From Candidatus Thorarchaeota archaeon (GTDB lineage: Archaea; Asgardarchaeota; Thorarchaeia; Thorarchaeales; Thorarchaeaceae): a DNA stretch of 64,000 bases. The DNA lies in NCBI GenBank assembly GCA_004524445.1, contig SDNP01000008.1, forward strand, positions 1 through 64,000. The letters run 5' to 3'. A program made the position numbers and the translations under genes. The notes beneath the pieces were generated by a model. That model saw only the letters and a list, made by a program, of their open reading frames with translations, was not told the origin of the DNA and did not search any database. Positions 1 to 9,100 of the stretch are shown piece after piece (position 1 is the first letter of the stretch; the number at the start of each line of letters is the position of its first letter).

Positions 1-217
1 CATGTGGGTGATGAGCCCAGATATCATAGAAATCATTGACCAGAAAACTGGGGAGCCAATTACAAACACAGACATCAAGAAGGGTGATGAAGTCAGCGTT
101 ATAGGAATGAAAGCATCTCACGAGATATTTCGTCAGCCCGAGGGGCTAGAAGTACTTGGCCCGAAACATTTCGGTTTTGACACCAACTACGTGCCAATTG
201 AAGAATTAATGAAATAG
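1..217 (+). CDS. DUF917-family protein, C-terminal fragment (runs off the window start)
   Basis: SPDIIEIIDQKTGEPI...GDEVSVIG...GPKHFGF..YVPIEEL resembles the DUF917 C-terminus. Confidence 0.65.
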   Translation, partial: MWVMSPDIIEIIDQKTGEPITNTDIKKGDEVSVIGMKASHEIFRQPEGLEVLGPKHFGFDTNYVPIEELMK

Positions 218-248
218 GGGGAGAATATCCCCCTGGAATTTTTTTTTA
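217..248 (+). terminator. GC hairpin followed by a T-tract
   Basis: GGGGGA-GAATA-TCCCCC at the stop codon, then a run of T; lies between convergent genes. Confidence 0.6.
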
Positions 249-261
249 ATCCCGTTTTTTG

Positions 262-969
262 CTATTTATCAACAACTATCTGCACGGTGTAGTGCTTTCG
301 ATACCAATTTGGCTCATTCTTCACAATTATTCCCTCGTAATCATCATTGTAGAATTTAACCGGATGCTCTTCGGGATCTTCATCTTCCTTTCGAAGGCGA
401 TGTCTTGCATGTACAATAAGTCGCTGTACCCATGATTTGAGTGCCTGCCTTTCTTCTTTGAGAAGATCGGGATGTTCATCCCAGTAATCTTCTATTATCC
501 AAGCCACCTTTCTGTTGTAGTAATGTCCAGCTGTCCACTGGGCAACAAAGAACAGAAATGCAAAGGCCGTAAACGCGATTGTATAAGGTGCAATCGATAC
601 GAGCGAAAATACCCAAGTCGCAACAATCGATGGAACAGCAATTGTCATCAGAATGAGTGCCGTATGCTGAAGAAATTTCCTCCGTTCATAGAATTTGAGA
701 ACACCTGGTACTTTCGGTGACACAGCTGCAAATTTATGCAGCACAGTCCGAATGAAGCGCCACTGGCTCACAAATGAACGAGGCAGCGCCCCTTGACCTA
801 TAGCTTTCTCAATGAAAGTCAAGTCAAAGCAACGATGAATTCTATATCCATCAAAGACAGTGATGAAATCCTTCGTCCACTTTAGGTTGATCCCTTTAGG
901 AGTGAACTGAAACTCGTCCAAGCTCTGTTCCCCGGGTTTTGTTCTAGTACTGCGGCCTTTTTTACTCAT
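262..969 (-). CDS. hypothetical membrane protein (2 TM)
   Basis: 235 aa ORF with two adjacent hydrophobic helices flanked by charged soluble regions. Confidence 0.7.
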   Translation of the reverse strand: MSKKGRSTRTKPGEQSLDEFQFTPKGINLKWTKDFITVFDGYRIHRCFDLTFIEKAIGQGALPRSFVSQWRFIRTVLHKFAAVSPKVPGVLKFYERRKFLQHTALILMTIAVPSIVATWVFSLVSIAPYTIAFTAFAFLFFVAQWTAGHYYNRKVAWIIEDYWDEHPDLLKEERQALKSWVQRLIVHARHRLRKEDEDPEEHPVKFYNDDYEGIIVKNEPNWYRKHYTVQIVVDK

Positions 970-1125
970 TGCCTATCCGCCTTTATGCAAATTCAAGACT
1001 TCAGCCTGAAGCCACAACATAAGCTTTATGCAAGGCATGAATCAAATTATGAGGGCCGTTTTGGAAACAGTCAAAAGGCACTCGCACTCCACCGAGAGTA
1101 ACAACGAACTATGGTGGAACACTGA

Positions 1126-2058
1126 ATGGAAGTTAGTGATGAAAAAGACTGGGAATTCATTTCTGTGCATCCTTATTCCGAACAACAGGCAGAACTTAGA
1201 ATAGACAGTGAGGAAATCGATTTTCTCTTGCCAAGGGAGAAGAGGCTAAAAAAGTACACAGTTGTCTTCACCACTAAATGGGAGGAGATTGTCGCCTATG
1301 AATGTTCACCAATATGTTTTTGTGAAAATCGACAGAGTTGGCCTTTGGACGAGGAACTGCCAGAAGATTACGACGAGATCGGTCCTGCAGGTATATTCTT
1401 CGCTTTCCTTCGTTCTGGTGGCGAAGCATTCTTCCAGGTTTGGGCAATAATACCGAAAGAAGATATTCAGACCGTCAAGGAGCTTGCAGAAAAATATGCT
1501 GGACGTCCCAGTGTAAAAGGTCTTGCCCATCATGGTACGGCTGGCGTTGTGAATTATATGCTCGACCATTGTGAAGTGATGCACCGTGTAAATACAAGGT
1601 GGCATAACTGGATAAAGAAGGGTCCATCCACCAAGCCCAGGGATAATTTGAATGAAAAATCGCCTGAACTCGTATTCGCAAAGGAAGGCATGTCATTCAA
1701 CTTTTATGGTGCCAGTCCAAAACTGGAGCAAATGTCAACCTTCTGGCCCTGGAGCAAGATTCGAGATATCTACGCTATGCAGGACGAGGTTCCCCAAATA
1801 GCATATCTGTGGCATGAAGATAGCTACACATTCTTGCAGCAAGTATGGGATCCCCAAGAACGTGGTAGCATTCTGAAAAAGGCGAAGGAAGCTCATGATG
1901 CATATCTGAATGATGATAGCGTTCCACAATTACGCCTAATCAGGCCGTGGTCATTTCCATCTCGCTTGCATGATACATGGGACGAACTAGAGCCATTTTC
2001 CTCGAAAGCAAGCAGAGATGGATTTCCGCCCATTTACGAGAAAAAGCATGACGAATAG
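1126..2058 (+). CDS. hypothetical protein, possibly tandem PH-like domains
   Basis: 310 aa ORF with GGTGG upstream; two similar segments (LRIDSEEIDF...KWEEI...FFQVW and LVFAKEGMSF...PWSKI...LQQVW). Confidence 0.6.
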   Translation: MEVSDEKDWEFISVHPYSEQQAELRIDSEEIDFLLPREKRLKKYTVVFTTKWEEIVAYECSPICFCENRQSWPLDEELPEDYDEIGPAGIFFAFLRSGGEAFFQVWAIIPKEDIQTVKELAEKYAGRPSVKGLAHHGTAGVVNYMLDHCEVMHRVNTRWHNWIKKGPSTKPRDNLNEKSPELVFAKEGMSFNFYGASPKLEQMSTFWPWSKIRDIYAMQDEVPQIAYLWHEDSYTFLQQVWDPQERGSILKKAKEAHDAYLNDDSVPQLRLIRPWSFPSRLHDTWDELEPFSSKASRDGFPPIYEKKHDE

Positions 2059-2807
2059 GTCCTTTCAAGAACTACAGCAACGAGAAAGATGGTAGTATAG
2101 TTAACATTTCAGTGGAATACAATATTATCACAATGCATTTTTCACTCGCTTCTGAGGAGCGATAGGTAGAAGACTAAATCAAATTACATTTTCTGAGTGG
2201 AAATAATGACCACTAGAGTTGCGGCATTTGATATGTGACAGTACGGCGAGTAATTTAGGTTATATGCAATAATCATGCTTCAGGAAGATAGCCAAGGGAG
2301 TCCGAGAGTTAAGATATGCAAAGAGAAGAAATGAGAATTCAAGATGATGACAAGACCGAGTCTTGATTCATAGAATGAGCACTACCGGGTTATGCTTGTG
2401 GACACAATTCGGATTCCATATATTGATTGTAGAGGTGAAAAGGACGCTGAAGAATTCAACATCAAGTCAGTGTGACGAGAACTCTGGGTTCAAATCGGAT
2501 TGACATGCGGCCTATATGGCTCACAGCTTTTCGTTTGCAGATTCTTTCAAAAATCGGTGTTGGACTTGATTGCTCAAAAATACAGTCTAAGCAAGTTGAA
2601 GCAACAATCGAGTCGCTCGGATTCAAGAAAGGATAATCAGTTCAGGCAAGGCTGGAGATCCAACGAACATGACACCTCCGGTGCGGGAATATAACTGGAA
2701 TCTGGCTTAGAAGCCAGAGCCACGGAAGCAATGGAGCTATTGGTCCGTTATACTTCTCAAGGAACTAACTCACCCTACAGGTGAAGAACGAAAAATAAAG
2801 AGAGGGG

Positions 2808-2827
2808 GAGAGAGCAAAGGCTCTCTC
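2808..2827 (-). terminator. hairpin downstream of the APC permease
   Basis: GAGAGAGC-AAAG-GCTCTCTC, followed on the minus strand by a pyrimidine/T-rich tract. Confidence 0.55.
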
Positions 2828-2837
2828 TGTACTAATT

Positions 2838-4385
2838 CTACTCGGGGGGTAGCTGACCAAATATCGCGCTCATATCGACGCCTTTGGCCTTGTTCTTCAT
2901 ACCATAATAGGTATACATGAGTTGACCCCAGAAGTACAGACCTACTGTGAAGAGTGTCTCAAATTGGACACCCGCAGTGGGTACGAAACTTACGAGGGCG
3001 TAGAAGAACACGGCACCGCTGACTAATCCAGCAATCGATACTAGCGGTACGCCAGCAATCGTCCAAGCACCCGACCGCTCCCACAATGTTGGTCGATAGA
3101 AGGGCAGAGATATCTCGGCAAGCGAGAATTGCCATCGGATGAAGGTGTATGTGAAGGCAACACCGATAGCCACTGACACGTCGTAAAAGACGGCCATGCC
3201 AATGATGATTATCTGCACAATCAACCAGAAGTAGAGGGAATTGTGTGGTACATGATACTTGGGATGGATCTGAGCCATTGCCTCAGGACACAACCTGTCC
3301 ATTGCCATTGCGTGGAACGGTCGTGTAACCCAGAGTGCATTGCTTGGTCCGTCAAGGGTGTTAGCCAGAATTGGTTGTAGTACCAAAATTGCACCAAGCC
3401 AGGCAAAATTAGGACCGAGGGCAATCGCGGCAAAGTTACCAAAACCAGGGAATATGCCAGCAGTGCTGCTGTTATTCCAGTACAAGAGCTCGCCTAAGCT
3501 AACCTCAACTGCATAAGCTGACAGCATGAAGAGAGCTCCAATACCAATAACACCACCCATGGTGCTAAGGGGAATGTTCCTACTTGGCTGACTGACTTCA
3601 CCCGCGACGGGCATGATCAGGTATGGCCACATAATACCAACAGCGGTCACAAGGGCGCCTGCAACAGCAGCAAGATTGAGTGTGTTATATGCATTGATAT
3701 CTGCTATATATGACCCTGCAACCAGGTCCGCGTATGCGTGTCCAGTGCCTGCAAACAAATTATCCCAGACCGTGGGCGTAATCGGTGTTGCAATTAGAAT
3801 GATATCTGATATCAGCAAAAGCACCATCACGACAATTCCTAGTACTATTGTGAAGTAACCCAGTATCCTGACACTCAAATAGCTGAAAATAAAGCCTACA
3901 AAAGTCAGAATGAGGGCCAAAATCACTAGAACAATTATGTCGTTAGCTATGGCATTACCCAAATCCAGCAAGAGCTGGTTATCTGCAATGATGCCGATGG
4001 CCTGTAAACCGCCGCCGGTTATCTTAGCTGAGAAGAAGCTAGCTGAACCGCGGAATACTGGATTGGCAATCACTGACCGCCAACCCTCCATAACACCAAA
4101 AATCGGGGATAGACCTCGTCCGGTAAAGTGGTAACTAGCACCGCTTCGGGGCATCGCAAGCATGAGCACCATTGTGCCTACACCTTCGAATAGGATTGCG
4201 AATGTACCTATAGCAAAGGTTGGAACAAGAAGTGCACCTGGAAACCAAGTTGATACTTGTGGTGCTACAAAGTGGAAATACGGACCGACTGTTAGCGCTA
4301 TTGGCAAAATCAATGCGAACCAGGGTCCAACTTCCTTGACTAGTCCAGAACTTTCCCGGACAAAGAGGAGTTCTTCGTCTTCCAT
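2838..4385 (-). CDS. APC-family amino acid/polyamine permease
   Basis: LFVRESSGLVKE, AMPRSGASY, AGEVSQPSRNIP and HPKYHVP motifs; about 12 TM; C-terminal FGQLPPE typical of archaeal APC permeases; likely start ATG 4385. Confidence 0.85.
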   Translation of the reverse strand: MEDEELLFVRESSGLVKEVGPWFALILPIALTVGPYFHFVAPQVSTWFPGALLVPTFAIGTFAILFEGVGTMVLMLAMPRSGASYHFTGRGLSPIFGVMEGWRSVIANPVFRGSASFFSAKITGGGLQAIGIIADNQLLLDLGNAIANDIIVLVILALILTFVGFIFSYLSVRILGYFTIVLGIVVMVLLLISDIILIATPITPTVWDNLFAGTGHAYADLVAGSYIADINAYNTLNLAAVAGALVTAVGIMWPYLIMPVAGEVSQPSRNIPLSTMGGVIGIGALFMLSAYAVEVSLGELLYWNNSSTAGIFPGFGNFAAIALGPNFAWLGAILVLQPILANTLDGPSNALWVTRPFHAMAMDRLCPEAMAQIHPKYHVPHNSLYFWLIVQIIIIGMAVFYDVSVAIGVAFTYTFIRWQFSLAEISLPFYRPTLWERSGAWTIAGVPLVSIAGLVSGAVFFYALVSFVPTAGVQFETLFTVGLYFWGQLMYTYYGMKNKAKGVDMSAIFGQLPPE

Positions 4386-4593
4386 TTTTCGGGATTCTCC
4401 GTTCTTATTTTTTTCTCTCACGTTTGCGAATCATTCGCTCTCCGTGATACAGTGAACATGGCAATACCAGTATAAAAACTTAAGGAGAGAGTGAAATGAG
4501 GAGGTTTAACATGTTTAAATCGTGTGGTAGGAGACCTGCTGCATCGATGAGGATATTGTCGCCATAGATTACGACATAGACAGAACTATAGTG

Positions 4594-5376
4594 TCAACTA
4601 GAGATGTTGTCGAAGAATTCTCTGTCGATAAGGTAGACATTCACTGGGACTTCTCTGATGCCAGTTCGACTCTCAAACAGAATGCTGAGAATAATGTCCT
4701 TGTCCATGATATGGATTGGAGGCACCGACCGGTTTTCTTGTACTGCTACTCTTCGAGCCTCATCGTTGCAAATGCCGTTGGAAAGGAGCACACCCTGATT
4801 AGCACCATAGGTGGGAAGGTCACCTCTGATTTCCAGAATGGTCTCTTTGCCGATTTCCTCATCCAGGTCGCATTTCTTGGCATAATAAACTACAGGAGCT
4901 TTGCCGCCATCGTCCCACCATGCACTCGTCATGATGACTGTGCTACCGTTCCTTCGCTCATGTACCTCAAGGTATCCGCCATCTGACTTGGGTTCCGTGT
5001 GGGCCCGGATGTTTGTAAGGAGTACTTTTGTGAGATTCTCGAAGGCATCGAGATCTAATTCAGCGATGGCATAGGACAGCTGTTCTCGTGCTCGAAGGTT
5101 GAACTGCTTTGCTCGTTCACGAACCTCGCTTATTTTGTCCTCATCAATGGCACCCTCACAGACCTCGTTGTATCTGTAGAGGCCTGGAGCAACACGTACG
5201 AAATACGGGGGTCGTTCATCCTGCTCAGCCTGTTTCTTTTCTATTGACAGGGATGCTGAAACGGATTCAGGAGTACGGTCTAGTGCATCTGCAATGTTCC
5301 GATAGTGTACCGGCTCTTCCTTTGCATGTTCGGATAGCCATTTTCGTAGAGTAGTTCTTCCGTTGTTCTCTGTCAA
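4594..5376 (-). CDS. wHTH (HARE-HTH-like) fused to a Mrr-like restriction endonuclease domain with a degenerate catalytic motif
   Basis: N-terminal HYRNIADAL...FVRVAPGLY; Mrr-like DAFENL...SDGG...AKK...IRG...GVLLSNG...IMD...IDREFF. Confidence 0.7.
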   Translation of the reverse strand: MTENNGRTTLRKWLSEHAKEEPVHYRNIADALDRTPESVSASLSIEKKQAEQDERPPYFVRVAPGLYRYNEVCEGAIDEDKISEVRERAKQFNLRAREQLSYAIAELDLDAFENLTKVLLTNIRAHTEPKSDGGYLEVHERRNGSTVIMTSAWWDDGGKAPVVYYAKKCDLDEEIGKETILEIRGDLPTYGANQGVLLSNGICNDEARRVAVQENRSVPPIHIMDKDIILSILFESRTGIREVPVNVYLIDREFFDNISS

Positions 5377-5576
5377 TTCAGGATGCCACCTGTTGTCTCA
5401 TTGCCCATCTAAGACCTAAGTGTACTCGATTGCACCATTGCAGACTTTAGTTCACGTAAAAAGTTTATCCCAGACGACATGTATTATAAACCAACCATGC
5501 AAATCATTCTAAAACACGTGCCTAATCGTCACTTTAATATTATCTTAAGAGAACTACTCCATGGACGGTATAGCTA

Positions 5577-5867
5577 ATGACACAGGTTTATGTGAAACTC
5601 ATGAATCGTGGCCTCAAGTCAGAGGAGCACGATAAATTCCCCTTTCAAACCACTGAAAACGCCACTGTGGGCACACTAGTGGACGAACTACATGAGGTAT
5701 ATGGTCCCAGATTTGAGGTATTCCTAGACGACCATGAGAATCAAACCCTGAGGCGTGACGCCATCGTAATAGTGAACGGTAAGAACATGGTCGCACATAA
5801 TGGCCTTAACACAAATCTTAGTGACGGGGATCTGATTGTCTTTATGATCGCCGCTGTTGGTGGTTAA
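5577..5867 (+). CDS. MoaD/ThiS/SAMP-like ubiquitin-fold sulfur carrier
   Basis: IVNGKN...LSDGD...AAVGG with a C-terminal di-glycine. Confidence 0.9.
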   Translation: MTQVYVKLMNRGLKSEEHDKFPFQTTENATVGTLVDELHEVYGPRFEVFLDDHENQTLRRDAIVIVNGKNMVAHNGLNTNLSDGDLIVFMIAAVGG

Positions 5868-5928
5868 ATTAGTGAATCATCTAGTTTTGAAGTTGTCCTA
5901 TGAATTCTGATAGGAACTAAGAGCGGAC

Positions 5929-7125
5929 TCAGTCCTCGGGGATGTAATATGGGTCCAGAATCTCCTCATCAACGATTCCCGCTGACACAGCCATGAGCTC
6001 AGCTATGTCAAGCACTCTCATCTCAGCGTCAGCCTCGTAAACGGCATGGGTAAGATTCATTTCGCACGCTGGACAGACCGTCGCAATGATGGTAGCATCT
6101 GTGGTTTTTATATCCTCCAATCGTCTTCTAGCAGCCATCTGTGAATTATCCTCATACATTACCTTTACTCCGCCGCCACCGCCACAACAAAACGCCTGTT
6201 CTCTATTGCGTGGTACCTCGCGGAAATCAACACCGGGGATTGCCTCAATAACCTCACGGGGTGGTTCATAGATATCCCGATATCGTCCAATCTCGCAGGG
6301 ATCGTGATACGTAACAACGACATCAACTGGGTTTTTCAGGTCGATCTTACCTTCTCTCACAATCTCTGCCAGAACCTCACTTGTATGACGAACTTCTATT
6401 GGAAATTCATCCATTCCAAGTAACTCCGGATAAATCTCATCGAAAGCTCGGAAGCAACTCGGACATGGTGTGATGATTTCTTTCACGCCGCGAGCTTGCA
6501 GTTTTTTCAGATAATCCTCGGCCCATTCCTTTGCATGCTCCATTTTACCAGTGATCCAATATGGCGTTCCACAACATCGTTGTTCTTCGCCAAGGAAGTC
6601 GAGCTCATAGCCTGCTTCTTGAAGCACACGCACGAGAATATTGGTCTTTTCCTTGAAACGGTGACTTGCTAAACAGCCCGGATAAAACAAGGTTCCTGAT
6701 CCCTCCTTGAACTCAAGTCCTTCTGTCCATTGAGTGTGTGCAGTTGGTGTATCAGCGAAGATGTTTCCTGACTCTAGGGCGGTATCGGCCATATTCTTTC
6801 CGCCTTCAGGAATAGTCACTCCCTGCTCAACAAAGTCCTTCCTCATGGCTTTAGTAACTGCGATGATGTCTATTTGGGCAGCTTTCTTGCATTCGTACTT
6901 ACATCGACCACACATGAAGCAACCAAATATTCGCTCAGCAAGGTCTTCAGTATATTCTAATTTCCCCTCGAGTATTGCTCTGGCTATTGCCATCCTGCCC
7001 CTAGCTGTAGACGATTCCCACGTTTGTGTGTAAATTTCAGGGCACCTTTCATCAAAATCGTATCCACGACAAAACTCGCATCTACCACAGGCGTAAATCA
7101 TGTCCTTATAGTCGCTGATATTCAT
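5929..7125 (-). CDS. Fe-S oxidoreductase, GlcF/HdrD-like (2x4Fe-4S plus two CCG domains)
   Basis: CGRCEFC and CFMCGRC...C ferredoxin motifs; YPGC, CCG, CPSC, YHDPC, CCGGGGG and CPAC. Confidence 0.9.
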   Translation of the reverse strand: MNISDYKDMIYACGRCEFCRGYDFDERCPEIYTQTWESSTARGRMAIARAILEGKLEYTEDLAERIFGCFMCGRCKYECKKAAQIDIIAVTKAMRKDFVEQGVTIPEGGKNMADTALESGNIFADTPTAHTQWTEGLEFKEGSGTLFYPGCLASHRFKEKTNILVRVLQEAGYELDFLGEEQRCCGTPYWITGKMEHAKEWAEDYLKKLQARGVKEIITPCPSCFRAFDEIYPELLGMDEFPIEVRHTSEVLAEIVREGKIDLKNPVDVVVTYHDPCEIGRYRDIYEPPREVIEAIPGVDFREVPRNREQAFCCGGGGGVKVMYEDNSQMAARRRLEDIKTTDATIIATVCPACEMNLTHAVYEADAEMRVLDIAELMAVSAGIVDEEILDPYYIPED

Positions 7126-8501
7126 TGTAACTCCTCCTCTGAAATGAAAATTCCTCGTTGCAGAATGTTATTAGGGTCAAGTGTCTTTTTCAGAGTCTTC
7201 AGGAGGCGGTAATATCCAGTATCTCTCTCTGCCACGAATGGTCTCAAGCCATCTCTTCCACCGATGCCATATGGAACAACAGGCCCCTCGAGAACCATCT
7301 CGTTGATGTCATCAGCCATCTCAACGAGTTCGTCCCATTCCTCTGGCTCTTGATAGTTAGTGACCATAAATGCCAACCAATCTCTTGGTAGAACTTGGCC
7401 TCCAAATCCGGCCTTCGTATAGCCTCTCTTCTCAATAAGCTCTTGCTTCCAGATATTGTAAAGAAAGCCAATGTCATCAATTCTGCAGGACCCGGAACCA
7501 AAGAAATGCCAAACCCCAGCTGCAAAGATGTCTGTGAGTCCTGTGAGAATCCTATCAAAATAGTCATTTGCAGGAGCTGGGTCGCCAATTTCACCACCAA
7601 GATCTTCGATTTTAGCTATGAGTTTCTTCTTTCGCAGATCCATTATCTTCTTTTCATAGGCGAAAATGTCTGCCATCACAACAAATGTTTCAGGGGCTGT
7701 TGGCTCCACCCACAAATAGAAGCCCTGCAAATATTCATCTCCAACAAGCCGATTGACAAAGTGTCCTAATTCAATTACCTCATCAAGTGTTGGCATTACG
7801 GCCATAATCCGCTCCTCATAATCTGAAGACGGTCTGATTCGCAATGTTAGTTCTGTGCAGACTCCGAGGATACCCTCTGCCCCAATAAACATCCCAGCAA
7901 GATCTGGACCTAGACATTGTCTCTTGAACTTCCCAGCGCTTGGCCATGCCGCAGAGCCCGTATGAACTATATCTCCATTGGGAAGGACCATCTCAAGAGT
8001 GACGATATCACGATGTCCGTGGAAACCAAATTTGGCGGTGCCACGCGGCCCACCTCCAGCCTTCATAACAGACCCACCAATGGTCATAGCTGGACCCCCA
8101 GCCTCACTGCAGAGATAAGTCAATCCGATCTCTTGCAGCGCAGCATCCAGTTTTGCCCAAGTACAATTTGGCTGAACGGTGACAGTAAGGTCTCTCTCAT
8201 CAATTTCAATTATCTCGTTCATGAGTGCCAAATCGAGCATGATACCTGGCTCCTGAGCAAGAAATGCATCCCAATGCGACGTTCCACCACCCCTCAGATA
8301 AATTGGAACGTCATGTTCGTTGGCAATCTTGAGGATTTGCTGAATTTCCTCACTGGATTCCGGCATCACTATATGTGTAGCCATCTTCTGCTTTGCGGGG
8401 CTCAAATCACGGCTATATGCTACTATATCGAAATCCTTGTCTGTGACCCGTTTTTCCCCAACAATGTCTTCAAGAAGACCTGTTATTTTTTGGATATCCA
8501 T
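7122..8501 (-). CDS. FAD-linked oxidoreductase, GlcD/D-lactate dehydrogenase family
   Basis: RGGGTS, TIGG, GAEGILG and KKTLDPNNIL motifs; 4-nt overlap with the Fe-S partner; likely start 8501. Confidence 0.9.
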   Translation of the reverse strand: MDIQKITGLLEDIVGEKRVTDKDFDIVAYSRDLSPAKQKMATHIVMPESSEEIQQILKIANEHDVPIYLRGGGTSHWDAFLAQEPGIMLDLALMNEIIEIDERDLTVTVQPNCTWAKLDAALQEIGLTYLCSEAGGPAMTIGGSVMKAGGGPRGTAKFGFHGHRDIVTLEMVLPNGDIVHTGSAAWPSAGKFKRQCLGPDLAGMFIGAEGILGVCTELTLRIRPSSDYEERIMAVMPTLDEVIELGHFVNRLVGDEYLQGFYLWVEPTAPETFVVMADIFAYEKKIMDLRKKKLIAKIEDLGGEIGDPAPANDYFDRILTGLTDIFAAGVWHFFGSGSCRIDDIGFLYNIWKQELIEKRGYTKAGFGGQVLPRDWLAFMVTNYQEPEEWDELVEMADDINEMVLEGPVVPYGIGGRDGLRPFVAERDTGYYRLLKTLKKTLDPNNILQRGIFISEEELQ

Positions 8502-8661
8502 TATCAACCGCTTCTCCAGATGTATCCGTATTAAGTCCAAGACTGGCATAAATACTAATTAAGCTCTCTGGTTGCTCAAAGTCTTTAAAATAAGCTTAAC
8601 AAGAAGAGTGGAAATTCTCTGTAGTTTTGGGAAAAAAAGGTTGAGAGAGGAATGAACTCCT

Positions 8662-8877
8662 CTACTCCTTTTCATACTTGAAACTCAGCTTTATTCGAAC
8701 CCGGTATTCTATGATCTTATTTCCATCCAGCCTTGCGTCTTGCCGGATGACTTCTGCGATTCTAAGGTCTCTAAGGCTTTCTGAAGCCTTTTGTATTGCA
8801 TTCTGCATCGCATGTTCCCAGCTCTTACCACTGACGCCAACAAGCTCGATAAATTTGTACACACTTTCTTCAGACAA
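8662..8877 (-). CDS. dodecin (flavin-binding)
   Basis: VYKFIELVGVSGKSWEHAMQNAI..ASESLR...YRVRIKLSF. Confidence 0.92.
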   Translation of the reverse strand: MSEESVYKFIELVGVSGKSWEHAMQNAIQKASESLRDLRIAEVIRQDARLDGNKIIEYRVRIKLSFKYEKE

Positions 8878-9100
8878 TTTGCTTCACCTAACTTTTGAAT
8901 TTACATAGGGAAAAACAAACTGAAAAGGATTGCTGCAAGCATTCAGTAGAGCATATTACATATGACGTTTGTTTAATTTTTGTATTCTTTCAATATGCTT
9001 CGAAAGAAGGCGAGTATTGATAAGTGAGAATCCGAGGTGCAATTGCGACCATTCGCAATATACGAGGAGGAGTTTAAGTACATCATATCAGGTGATTATC

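Noticed and set aside
4505-4519. Near-palindrome TTTAACATGTTTAAA upstream of the APC permease
   Set aside because: A single AT-rich imperfect palindrome with no second copy found; insufficient to call an operator
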